Positions 1 through 7,556 of a stretch of 10,323 nucleotides of DNA are shown here, one piece after another. The notes beneath the pieces were generated by a model that ran no database searches, was not told the DNA's origin, and worked only from the letters and a program-made list of their open reading frames with translations. Source of the DNA: a virus. Positions within the stretch are counted from its first letter, which is position 1. Every line of letters starts with the position of its first letter. The stretch lies in UHGV virus genome UHGV-1723398; one strand, given 5' to 3'. The position numbers were made by a program, and so were the translations under genes.

Positions 1-32
1 TTTTTTTGCAAATCACAAAGTCCATTTAATGA

Positions 33-56
33 GCCTCGCGATGCGGGGCTTTTTTT
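33..56 (+). terminator. Rho-independent terminator-like hairpin, probably ending an upstream transcription unit
   Basis: 7-bp stem GCCTCGC (33-39) / GCGGGGC (43-49) with one G-U pair, 3-nt loop GAT, followed directly by a 7-T run (50-56). Read by eye; no folding energy computed. Confidence 0.5.
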
Positions 57-66
57 ACATCTGAAT

Positions 67-94
67 TTCACAGCGCATCTCACGCGCATATTAC
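67..94 (+). promoter_or_regulatory. Candidate sigma70-type promoter upstream of the rha-like gene
   Basis: TTCACA (67-72), 16-nt spacer, TATTAC (89-94); 5/6 and 4/6 matches to TTGACA/TATAAT. Sits between the upstream terminator and the rha start. Hexamer matching only. Confidence 0.25.
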
Positions 95-205
95 ATCACC
101 CGAGCCTTTCAGAAAGTTGAGCCTGAGAACTGCCGTATATGGTGGCGACCATCTCGGGGCGGCTTTTCTGTGAGACAGGCTCACTTTCTAAAAGGTAAAG
201 ACGCT

Positions 206-724
206 ATGAATCATCAATTGGCTAATCTCGATTTCCGGGACATGGTGGTTGTTTCTGGTGATCGCGTGATCACAACCTCCCGCAAGGTAGCAGCTTACTT
301 CGACAAGCAGCATCACCACATCATTCAGAAAATCGAAAAGCTAGACTGTTCGGATGAATTTCTAACCAGCAACTTTTCGCGGGTTACCTATGAACACAAG
401 GGTAATCAGTATGTTGAATATGAAATTTCCAAAGACGGTGCGATGTACATCATCATGTCGTTTACCGGCAAAAAAGCTGCCGCCATCAAAGAGGCGTTTA
501 TCAAAGCATTTAATTGGATGCGTGACAGGCTGATGGAGATGGCTCACTCATACCAAAGAGAGCACAACGAGTTAATGCTGGAGTTCATGAAGGAAAAGGA
601 TGTTGCCAGTATGTCAGGACGCTTGCTGAACCGCTGGGGCAGGATCAAAAAACCTCAACTCATAGCAAGAATCGAAAGGCTTGAGCAGCAGGCGCAAATA
701 TCGATCCCCGGACTGCCAAAGTGA
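206..724 (+). CDS. rha: Rha-family phage regulatory protein (Phage_pRha / ORF6N-type domain), 172 aa
   Basis: Translation MNHQLANLDFRDMVVVSGDRVITTSRKVAAYFDKQHHHIIQKIEKL...MYIIMSFTGKKAAAIKEAFIKAFNWM has the conserved layout of Rha-family N-terminal domains as I recall them. ATG at 206 is preceded by AAGGT (192-196); the ORF track's start at 170 is a GTG with no Shine-Dalgarno. Slightly lower GC than the structural genes, consistent with a moron. Confidence 0.7.
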   Translation: MNHQLANLDFRDMVVVSGDRVITTSRKVAAYFDKQHHHIIQKIEKLDCSDEFLTSNFSRVTYEHKGNQYVEYEISKDGAMYIIMSFTGKKAAAIKEAFIKAFNWMRDRLMEMAHSYQREHNELMLEFMKEKDVASMSGRLLNRWGRIKKPQLIARIERLEQQAQISIPGLPK

Positions 725-732
725 CCATTCCA

Positions 733-754
733 AAGCCCATCTACGGGTGGGCTT
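733..754 (+). other. GC-rich hairpin 8 nt downstream of the rha stop codon (possible weak terminator or mRNA 3' stabiliser)
   Basis: Perfect 7-bp inverted repeat AAGCCCA (733-739) / TGGGCTT (748-754) with 8-nt loop; no U-tract follows (GATAATG), so not a canonical intrinsic terminator. Confidence 0.3.
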
Positions 755-1029
755 GATAATGAAACCGTGATTTACATCCCCACAATCCGGGTATGTAAAA
801 GATAGTTCAGGCGAGAACAGATTTAACTAAGTCTGTGCACCACCAGTTGCGGCAGTACCACGAAACAACCCAAGCCAGTAAGTGGGGAAATAACACTGGC
901 AGCCACTGAAAGATGAACCTCCAGCCTTAAGGCAAAAAAGATTCTTTGTGGTGGCGGACTGATGGAAAGACATCGGTTATTGCAGAGACCATTCAATGAG
1001 TGGTCTCGACAATGGCTTATACCCTACAC

Positions 1030-1055
1030 GGGATAACTTAACTGATATCCCTTTT
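1030..1055 (+). other. Short hairpin followed by TTTT just upstream of the 80-aa ORF (weak terminator-like or regulatory structure)
   Basis: GGGATA (1030-1035) / TATCCC (1046-1051) perfect 6-bp inverted repeat, 10-nt loop, then TTTT (1052-1055). The stem is short and AT-containing, so stability is doubtful. Confidence 0.25.
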
Positions 1056-1076
1056 AACGGATAAACGGAGCCAACA

Positions 1077-1319
1077 ATGGCAGAGATTATTCCCATGACT
1101 GAAGAACAGAAATTCCAGTTAGAGATTTACAAACTGGTCATGAACCAGAACGCAGCCGCAGAAGAAGCATTTCAATTCATTGGCACTGACGAACTGAAGC
1201 TTGAGCTATTCAAAATTCACTTCCAGTCAGGTGGCGCTAATTCGGATATCACGACCCGCACAATCGAAGCGGTGCGTAAATCGAAGGAAGCGTTAGACCT
1301 GTTCACTACCGGAGCATAA
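1077..1319 (+). CDS. Hypothetical small protein (80 aa) conserved upstream of the small terminase gene in P22-like phages (ORF80-like)
   Basis: Intact ORF with a GGAG Shine-Dalgarno 8 nt upstream of the ATG; same strand and position as the small ORF I recall preceding gene 3 in P22-like genomes. Predicted acidic and helical; no recognisable catalytic motif. Confidence 0.5.
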   Translation: MAEIIPMTEEQKFQLEIYKLVMNQNAAAEEAFQFIGTDELKLELFKIHFQSGGANSDITTRTIEAVRKSKEALDLFTTGA

Positions 1320-1398
1320 ACATGGCAACTCAAGGTTTCGACAACCCATCCAAATTCCGCGATGAATGGGATAAGCAAGCAGAAGGGAAATAATCAAT

Positions 1399-1824
1399 AT
1401 GGCGACTGAGAAAAAGAAAGGTGGTCGCCCCTCTGATTATATGCCGGAGGTGGCTAATGACATTTGCGCATTGCTTTCCTCCGGTGAGAGTCTGCGCAAA
1501 GTTTGCGAACGCCCAGGAATGCCGAGCAAAACATCAGTTTTTCGCTGGCTGGCTGAACATCAGGAGTTTCGTGACCAGTACGCGAAGGCAACAGAGACTC
1601 GGGCCGACTCTATTTTCGAAGAGATATTCGAAATTGCTGACGACGTAATCCCTGATGCCGCCGAGGTGGCAAAGGCAAGACTTCGCGTTGATACCCGCAA
1701 ATGGGCGCTGGCCAGAATGAATCCCCGTAAGTATGGCGACAAGGTAACTAATGAGCTTGTCGGCAAAGACGGCGGCGCAATCCAGATTGAAACATCACCG
1801 ATGAGCACTCTATTCGGAAAATGA
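1399..1824 (+). CDS. Terminase small subunit (Sf6 gp1 / P22 gp3 functional equivalent), 141 aa
   Basis: N-terminus MATEKKKGGRPSDYMPEVANDICALLSSGESLRKVCERPGMPSKTSVFRWL matches the helix-turn-helix DNA-binding region of Sf6-type small terminases as I recall it. Stop codon overlaps the large terminase start (ATGA at 1821-1824), indicating translational coupling. Confidence 0.85.
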   Translation: MATEKKKGGRPSDYMPEVANDICALLSSGESLRKVCERPGMPSKTSVFRWLAEHQEFRDQYAKATETRADSIFEEIFEIADDVIPDAAEVAKARLRVDTRKWALARMNPRKYGDKVTNELVGKDGGAIQIETSPMSTLFGK

Positions 1825-3242
1825 CCTCGATTAATCCTATCTTTGAACCGTTCATTGAGGCGCATCGCTACAAAGTCGCCAAAGGCGGTCGAGGTAGCGG
1901 TAAGATCGGTAAGTCATGGGCAATTGCGAGGCTGCTTGTTGAAGCGGCGCGTCGGCAGCCGGTGCGTATTCTCTGCGCTCGTGAACTGCAAAACAGTATC
2001 AGCGATTCGGTAATCCGGTTGCTTGAAGACACCATAGAGCGGGAAGGGTATTCGGCTGAGTTTGAAATTCAGCGTTCAATGATTCGTCATCTCGGAACGA
2101 ATGCTGAATTCATGTTCTACGGCATCAAAAACAACCCTACGAAGATTAAATCGCTCGAAGGTATTGATATCTGCTGGGTGGAAGAAGCGGAGGCGGTAAC
2201 GAAGGAATCGTGGGATATTCTGATACCAACCATCCGCAAGCCGTTTTCCGAAATATGGGTGAGCTTCAACCCGAAAAACATCCTCGACGATACCTATCAG
2301 CGATTCGTCGTAAACCCTCCTGATGATATTTGCCTGCTGACGGTGAACTACACCGACAACCCGCACTTTCCTGAAGTCCTCCGTCTGGAGATGGAAGAGT
2401 GCAAACGCAGAAATCCGACACTGTATCGTCACATCTGGCTTGGTGAGCCAGTAAGCGCAAGTGATATGGCAATCATCAAACGTGAATGGCTTGAAGCCGC
2501 AACCGATGCGCACAAGAAACTCGGATGGAAAGCGAAAGGCGCTGTTGTCTCTGCGCATGACCCATCAGATACAGGGCCAGATGCTAAAGGTTATGCATCG
2601 CGTCACGGTTCGGTAGTTAAGCGCATTGCCGAAGGTCTGCTGATGGATATCAACGAGGGTGCTGACTGGGCTACTTCGCTGGCGATTGAAGACGGCGCTG
2701 ACCACTACCTGTGGGATGGTGATGGTGTTGGTGCCGGGCTACGCAGACAGACAACGGAAGCGTTCTCCGGCAAGAAAATCACCGCCACGATGTTCAAGGG
2801 CAGCGAATCGCCATTCGATGAAGATGCACCATATCAGGCCGGAGCATGGGCTGATGAAGTCGTACAGGGCGACAACGTTCGCACTATTGGTGATGTGTTC
2901 CGCAATAAGCGAGCGCAATTCTATTACGCGCTGGCTGACAGGCTGTATCTGACATATCGGGCGGTTGTCCACGGTGAGTATGCAGACCCCGACGACATGC
3001 TGAGCTTCGACAAAGAAGCGATAGGCGAGAAGATGCTGGAGAAGCTGTTTGCAGAACTGACGCAGATTCAGCGCAAATTCAATAACAACGGGAAGCTGGA
3101 GCTAATGACTAAGGTCGAAATGAAGCAGAAGCTCGGTATTCCATCTCCTAACCTGGCTGATGCGCTGATGATGTGTATGCATTGCCCGGCATTGGTCCGC
3201 GAAGAAACAGAAATATACGTTCCCTCATCCTCCGGTTGGTAA
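1821..3242 (+). CDS. Terminase large subunit (ATPase plus nuclease), 473 aa
   Basis: N-terminal P-loop-like segment VAKGGRGSGKIGKS, a Walker B-like hydrophobic stretch ending in acidic residues (IDICWVEEAEA), and an acidic C-terminal half (DPSDTGPD, DGDGVGAG) consistent with an RNase H-like nuclease domain. Size and position match P22/Sf6 large terminases. Confidence 0.9.
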   Translation: MTSINPIFEPFIEAHRYKVAKGGRGSGKIGKSWAIARLLVEAARRQPVRILCARELQNSISDSVIRLLEDTIEREGYSAEFEIQRSMIRHLGTNAEFMFYGIKNNPTKIKSLEGIDICWVEEAEAVTKESWDILIPTIRKPFSEIWVSFNPKNILDDTYQRFVVNPPDDICLLTVNYTDNPHFPEVLRLEMEECKRRNPTLYRHIWLGEPVSASDMAIIKREWLEAATDAHKKLGWKAKGAVVSAHDPSDTGPDAKGYASRHGSVVKRIAEGLLMDINEGADWATSLAIEDGADHYLWDGDGVGAGLRRQTTEAFSGKKITATMFKGSESPFDEDAPYQAGAWADEVVQGDNVRTIGDVFRNKRAQFYYALADRLYLTYRAVVHGEYADPDDMLSFDKEAIGEKMLEKLFAELTQIQRKFNNNGKLELMTKVEMKQKLGIPSPNLADALMMCMHCPALVREETEIYVPSSSGW

Positions 3243-3244
3243 AC

Positions 3245-5371
3245 ATGGCAGAGACATTAGAGAAAAAACATGAGCGGATCATGCTCAGGTTTGACCGCGC
3301 CTATTCTCCACAGAAGGAAGTGCGCGAAAAGTGCATTGAAGCTACGAGGTTTGCTCGTGTCCCCGGAGGTCAATGGGAAGGAGCAACGGCGGCTGGAACT
3401 AAGCTTGATGAGCAGTTCGAGAAGTATCCTAAGTTTGAAATCAATAAGGTAGCAACTGAACTTAACCGCATCATTGCAGAATACCGCAATAATAGAATCA
3501 CCGTTAAGTTTCGTCCTGGTGACAGAGAGGCAAGCGAAGAGTTAGCCAATAAATTAAATGGTCTGTTCCGTGCTGACTACGAAGAAACTGATGGCGGTGA
3601 GGCTTGCGATAATGCATTTGACGACGCTGCTACTGGTGGTTTCGGTTGCTTCCGTTTGACGTCGATGCTGGTCAATGAATACGACCCCATGGACGATCGT
3701 CAGCGTATTGCTATTGAACCAATATACGACCCGTCGCGCTCTGTGTGGTTTGACCCTGACGCTAAGAAGTACGACAAATCTGACGCGTTGTGGGCGTTCT
3801 GCATGTATTCGTTGTCACCTGAAAAATATGAGGCTGAATACGGAAAGAAACCTCCTGCTTCTCTGGATGTAACGTCTATGACCAGTTGGGAATATGACTG
3901 GTTTGATGAAGATGTTATTTACATAGCGAAGTATTACGAAGTTCGTAAAGAGTCTGTTGACGTCATCAGTTATCGACATCCAATCACTGGAGAGATTGCA
4001 ACATACGACAGTGATCAGGTTGAAGATATTGAAGATGAACTGGCAATAGCTGGATTTCATGAAGTGGCAAGGCGCTCAGTGAGGCGCCGTCGTGTGTATG
4101 TATCCGTAGTGGATGGTGATGGTTTCCTTGAGAAACCTCGACGTATTCCTGGTGAACATATCCCCCTCATCCCGGTTTATGGAAAACGCTGGTTCATTGA
4201 TGACATTGAGCGTGTCGAAGGACATATTGCAAAAGCAATGGATCCACAGCGTTTGTATAACCTTCAGGTATCAATGCTGGCTGATACTGCAGCACAAGAC
4301 CCCGGTCAGATCCCTATAGTTGGCATGGAGCAAATTCGTGGACTTGAGAAGCACTGGGAGGCTCGCAACAAGAAAAGACCAGCGTTCTTGCCGTTGCGCG
4401 AAGTGAGAGATAAATCTGGCAACATCATCGCTGGAGCTACCCCGGCAGGATATACACAGCCCGCGGTTATGAATCAGGCATTGGCTGCATTACTACAGCA
4501 AACCAGTGCTGATATTCAGGAGGTTACAGGCGGCAGTCAGGCCATGCAGCAGATGCCAAGTAATATTGCTCAGGAAACGGTTAACAACTTGATGAACAGA
4601 GCAGATATGGCTTCGTTTATCTATCTGGACAATATGGCGAAAAGTCTTAAACGCGCTGGTGAAGTATGGCTGTCAATGGCGCGTGAAGTGTACGGTTCAG
4701 AACGTGAAGTGCGCATCGTTAACGAAGATGGAAGTGATGATATCGCTGTCCTGAGCGCACAGGTTGTTGACAGGCAAACAGGGGCTGTTGTTGCGTTAAA
4801 TGACCTTTCTGTCGGTCGATACGATGTGACGGTTGATGTTGGACCAAGCTACACAGCACGACGTGATGCAACGGTTTCTGTACTGACAAATGTCCTTAGC
4901 TCTATGCTTCCAACAGACCCAATGCGCCCGGCAATTCAGGGTATTATTCTGGACAATATCGATGGCGAAGGCCTTGATGACTTCAAAGAGTACAACCGAA
5001 ACCAACTGCTGATATCTGGTATTGCAAAACCACGCAATGAGAAAGAGCAGCAGATTGTTCAACAGGCGCAAATGGCAGCACAAAGCCAGCCAAATCCTGA
5101 AATGGTTCTCGCTCAGGCGCAAATGGTAGCAGCGCAGGCAGAAGCGCAAAAAGCAACTAACGAAACTGCTCAAACTCAAATCAAAGCATTTACTGCCCAG
5201 CAGGATGCGATGGAGAGTCAGGCAAACACTGTCTATAAACTGGCCCAAGCCAGAAACATCGATGACAAAGCAGTGATGGAGGCAATACGCCTTCTGAAAG
5301 ATGTCTCCGAGTCACAACAACAGCAATTCCAGTCACCACCACAGTCTCCGGCAGACTTAATGCCGAGTTAA
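3245..5371 (+). CDS. Portal protein (P22 gp1 / Sf6 gp3 family), 708 aa
   Basis: ATG at 3245 lies 2 nt after the terminase stop and gives a 708-aa product, the size of P22-like portals; the ORF-track start at 3173 would overlap the terminase gene by 70 nt. C-terminal ~110 aa is a Q/A-rich helical low-complexity segment typical of the P22-type portal barrel. Confidence 0.9.
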   Translation: MAETLEKKHERIMLRFDRAYSPQKEVREKCIEATRFARVPGGQWEGATAAGTKLDEQFEKYPKFEINKVATELNRIIAEYRNNRITVKFRPGDREASEELANKLNGLFRADYEETDGGEACDNAFDDAATGGFGCFRLTSMLVNEYDPMDDRQRIAIEPIYDPSRSVWFDPDAKKYDKSDALWAFCMYSLSPEKYEAEYGKKPPASLDVTSMTSWEYDWFDEDVIYIAKYYEVRKESVDVISYRHPITGEIATYDSDQVEDIEDELAIAGFHEVARRSVRRRRVYVSVVDGDGFLEKPRRIPGEHIPLIPVYGKRWFIDDIERVEGHIAKAMDPQRLYNLQVSMLADTAAQDPGQIPIVGMEQIRGLEKHWEARNKKRPAFLPLREVRDKSGNIIAGATPAGYTQPAVMNQALAALLQQTSADIQEVTGGSQAMQQMPSNIAQETVNNLMNRADMASFIYLDNMAKSLKRAGEVWLSMAREVYGSEREVRIVNEDGSDDIAVLSAQVVDRQTGAVVALNDLSVGRYDVTVDVGPSYTARRDATVSVLTNVLSSMLPTDPMRPAIQGIILDNIDGEGLDDFKEYNRNQLLISGIAKPRNEKEQQIVQQAQMAAQSQPNPEMVLAQAQMVAAQAEAQKATNETAQTQIKAFTAQQDAMESQANTVYKLAQARNIDDKAVMEAIRLLKDVSESQQQQFQSPPQSPADLMPS

Positions 5372-5384
5372 CCAGGAGTAATCA

Positions 5385-6269
5385 ATGGAAAACGAACTGA
5401 TCATCGACGGTCAGGTTATTGGCCTGTCTGAAACACAGGAAAATGCAGAAGAAACCATCATCCAAACAGAGTCACAGCCTGAGAATGAAAGCCAGGATGA
5501 CAACGGTAAAGAGGTGGCAACTGAGCCTGAAAAAACCGAAGAGACACCAGAAGATTACGCCTTGCGTATTGGTGATGAAGAAATTCAGCTTAACGCTGAC
5601 GATGATGATCACATTGACGGGCAACCTGCACCGCAATGGGTGAAAGATCTTCGCAAAGGCTTCAAAGAAACACAGAAAGAAAACCGTGAGTTGCGCCGCC
5701 AGCTTGAGGAAGCATTAGCCAAGCCAGCGGAACATCAGCAACCACAACCAGACGCTATTCCACCAAAACCGACTCTTGAGTCGTGTGATTATGACGAACA
5801 GGCGTTTGAACAGGCATTGACTGATTGGCATGAGAAAAAAGGCCGTGTCGAACAGCAGCAGCAACAAAAACTACGTCAGCAACAGGAATACCAGCAGCGT
5901 TTCCAGCAAAGGGTAGAAGCGCATAAACAACGGGCAGCCAAACTTCCTGTGAAAGATTATCAGGAAATGGAAGCCATTGTTCTTAGTGAGCTACCACCAA
6001 TTCAGCAGGAAATCATCATTCACTGTGCAGACGAAGGCTCTGAACTACTCGCCTATGGCTTAGGTAAGAGCCAGCAATTACGCCAGCGTGTAGCCGCTGA
6101 GACAGATCCAATTCGCGCAGCATTCCTCTTGGGGCAGATTAGCAAACAGGTAAGCCTTGCTCCAAAACCAAAGAAAGCCATCAAGCCAGAGCCGGAAGTA
6201 CGTGGTGGCGGTGCTGATGCGAAACAAGACGAATTCAACAAATTATGCCCCGGCGCAAAAATCGAATAA
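5385..6269 (+). CDS. Scaffolding protein (P22 gp8-like), 294 aa
   Basis: Directly downstream of the portal gene with an AGGAG Shine-Dalgarno; highly acidic N-terminal third, charged coiled-coil-like middle with a poly-Q stretch (EQQQQQKLRQQQEYQQRFQQ), basic C-terminal region. Size and position match P22-like scaffolding proteins. Confidence 0.75.
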   Translation: MENELIIDGQVIGLSETQENAEETIIQTESQPENESQDDNGKEVATEPEKTEETPEDYALRIGDEEIQLNADDDDHIDGQPAPQWVKDLRKGFKETQKENRELRRQLEEALAKPAEHQQPQPDAIPPKPTLESCDYDEQAFEQALTDWHEKKGRVEQQQQQKLRQQQEYQQRFQQRVEAHKQRAAKLPVKDYQEMEAIVLSELPPIQQEIIIHCADEGSELLAYGLGKSQQLRQRVAAETDPIRAAFLLGQISKQVSLAPKPKKAIKPEPEVRGGGADAKQDEFNKLCPGAKIE

Positions 6270-6280
6270 GGAAAAGATAA

Positions 6281-7552
6281 ATGCCTAACAATCTCGACAG
6301 TAACGTCAGTCAAATCGTTCTGAAAAAATTCCTTCCTGGTTTTATGTCAGATTTAGTTCTGGCGAAAACCGTAGACCGTCAGTTGCTGGCAGGTGAAATC
6401 AACTCCAGCACTGGCGATAGCGTTAGCTTTAAACGTCCGCATCAATTCTCATCCCTCCGTACTCCCACTGGTGATATTTCAGGGCAAAATAAAAACAACC
6501 TGATCTCAGGTAAAGCCACGGGGCGTGTAGGTAACTACATCACTGTTGCTGTTGAATATCAGCAACTGGAGGAAGCGATCAAGCTTAACCAGCTGGAAGA
6601 AATTCTCGCGCCGGTTCGCCAGCGAATCGTTACCGACCTTGAAACAGAGCTTGCTCACTTCATGATGAATAACGGTGCGTTGTCACTTGGTAGCCCCAAT
6701 ACTCCAATCACCAAATGGTCTGATGTTGCGCAGACGGCATCTTTCCTGAAAGACCTCGGCGTTAATGAAGGTGAAAACTATGCTGTAATGGATCCATGGT
6801 CTGCACAGCGACTTGCTGATGCGCAGACTGGTTTGCACGCTTCAGATCAATTGGTTCGTACTGCATGGGAGAATGCGCAGATTCCAACCAATTTTGGCGG
6901 CATTCGCGCACTGATGTCTAATGGGCTTGCCTCTCGTACGCAGGGGGCATTTGGCGGAACACTGACAGTCAAAACACAGCCAACTGTTACCTATAACGCA
7001 GTTAAAGACTCATACCAGTTCACTGTAACATTGACCGGAGCGACAGCCAGCGTTACAGGTTTTCTGAAAGCTGGTGATCAGGTTAAATTCACCAATACCT
7101 ACTGGCTGCAACAGCAGACCAAACAGGCGTTGTATAACGGAGCCACACCAATTAGCTTCACTGCAACGGTTACTGCTGATGCTAATTCAGACAGCAGTGG
7201 CGATGTGACGGTTACGCTTTCTGGTGTTCCGATTTATGACACTACAAACCCGCAGTACAACTCTGTAAGTCGTCAGGTAGAGGCAGGCGATGCCGTATCT
7301 GTAGTAGGCACTGCTAGCCAGACAATGAAGCCAAACCTGTTCTATAACAAGTTCTTCTGTGGACTTGGCTCTATCCCACTGCCGAAACTGCACAGTATTG
7401 ATTCTGCTGTTGCAACATATGAAGGTTTCTCCATCCGCGTACATAAATACGCAGATGGCGATGCCAACGTGCAAAAAATGCGCTTTGACTTACTGCCTGC
7501 ATATGTGTGCTTTAACCCTCACATGGGCGGTCAGTTCTTCGGTAATCCGTAA
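6281..7552 (+). CDS. Major capsid (coat) protein, P22 gp5 / Sf6 gp5 family, 423 aa
   Basis: 423-aa ORF immediately after the scaffolding gene with an AAGGA Shine-Dalgarno, followed by a strong intrinsic terminator; size and position match Sf6-type coat proteins. Assignment is by synteny and size, not by a motif I can verify by eye. Confidence 0.85.
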   Translation: MPNNLDSNVSQIVLKKFLPGFMSDLVLAKTVDRQLLAGEINSSTGDSVSFKRPHQFSSLRTPTGDISGQNKNNLISGKATGRVGNYITVAVEYQQLEEAIKLNQLEEILAPVRQRIVTDLETELAHFMMNNGALSLGSPNTPITKWSDVAQTASFLKDLGVNEGENYAVMDPWSAQRLADAQTGLHASDQLVRTAWENAQIPTNFGGIRALMSNGLASRTQGAFGGTLTVKTQPTVTYNAVKDSYQFTVTLTGATASVTGFLKAGDQVKFTNTYWLQQQTKQALYNGATPISFTATVTADANSDSSGDVTVTLSGVPIYDTTNPQYNSVSRQVEAGDAVSVVGTASQTMKPNLFYNKFFCGLGSIPLPKLHSIDSAVATYEGFSIRVHKYADGDANVQKMRFDLLPAYVCFNPHMGGQFFGNP

Positions 7553-7556
7553 TAAC

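Noticed and set aside
111-141. Second promoter-like pair TTGAGC (117-122) / TATATG (136-141) upstream of rha
   Set aside because: Spacer is only 13 nt, incompatible with sigma70 geometry; the TTCACA-N16-TATTAC candidate at 67-94 is more plausible.
170-205. GTG start at 170 for the rha-like ORF, as given in the ORF track
   Set aside because: No Shine-Dalgarno precedes the GTG, whereas the in-frame ATG at 206 has AAGGT at good spacing; the extra 12 residues are not typical of Rha N-termini.
362-547. 61-aa minus-strand ORF inside the rha-like gene
   Set aside because: Fully antisense to a well-supported CDS, with no ribosome-binding site noted; typical shadow ORF.
962-1036. 25-codon micro-ORF (MERHRLLQRPFNEWSRQWLIPYTG) in the non-coding gap
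   Set aside because: No convincing Shine-Dalgarno upstream and it ends inside the 1030-1055 hairpin; weaker than the 1322-1393 micro-ORF and not reported as a feature.
1421-1865. ORFs 1421-1648 (+) and 1560-1865 (-) overlapping the small terminase gene
   Set aside because: Alternative-frame and antisense ORFs within a gene whose translation is recognisably a small terminase; translated sequences are low-complexity.
2076-2972. Four internal ORFs (2076-2558 -, 2266-2472 -, 2659-2952 +, 2739-2972 -) within the large terminase gene
   Set aside because: All lie inside the terminase CDS in other frames or antisense; Cys/Arg-rich translations typical of out-of-frame reads.
3173-3244. Extended portal start at 3173, as given in the ORF track
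   Set aside because: It would overlap the large terminase by 70 nt; the ATG at 3245 directly follows the terminase stop and yields the 708-aa length expected for P22-like portals.
3270-5248. Internal ORFs within the portal gene (3270-3452 +, 3675-3872 +, 3815-4060 -, 4113-4319 +, 4796-5248 -)
   Set aside because: Embedded in a long, well-supported CDS; the 150-aa antisense ORF at 4796-5248 is an artefact of the Q/A-rich (GCN/CAR codon) portal C-terminus.
5419-6313. ORFs 5419-5643 (+) and 6053-6313 (-) overlapping the scaffolding gene
   Set aside because: Out-of-frame or antisense within the scaffolding CDS, basic low-complexity translations, no independent signals.
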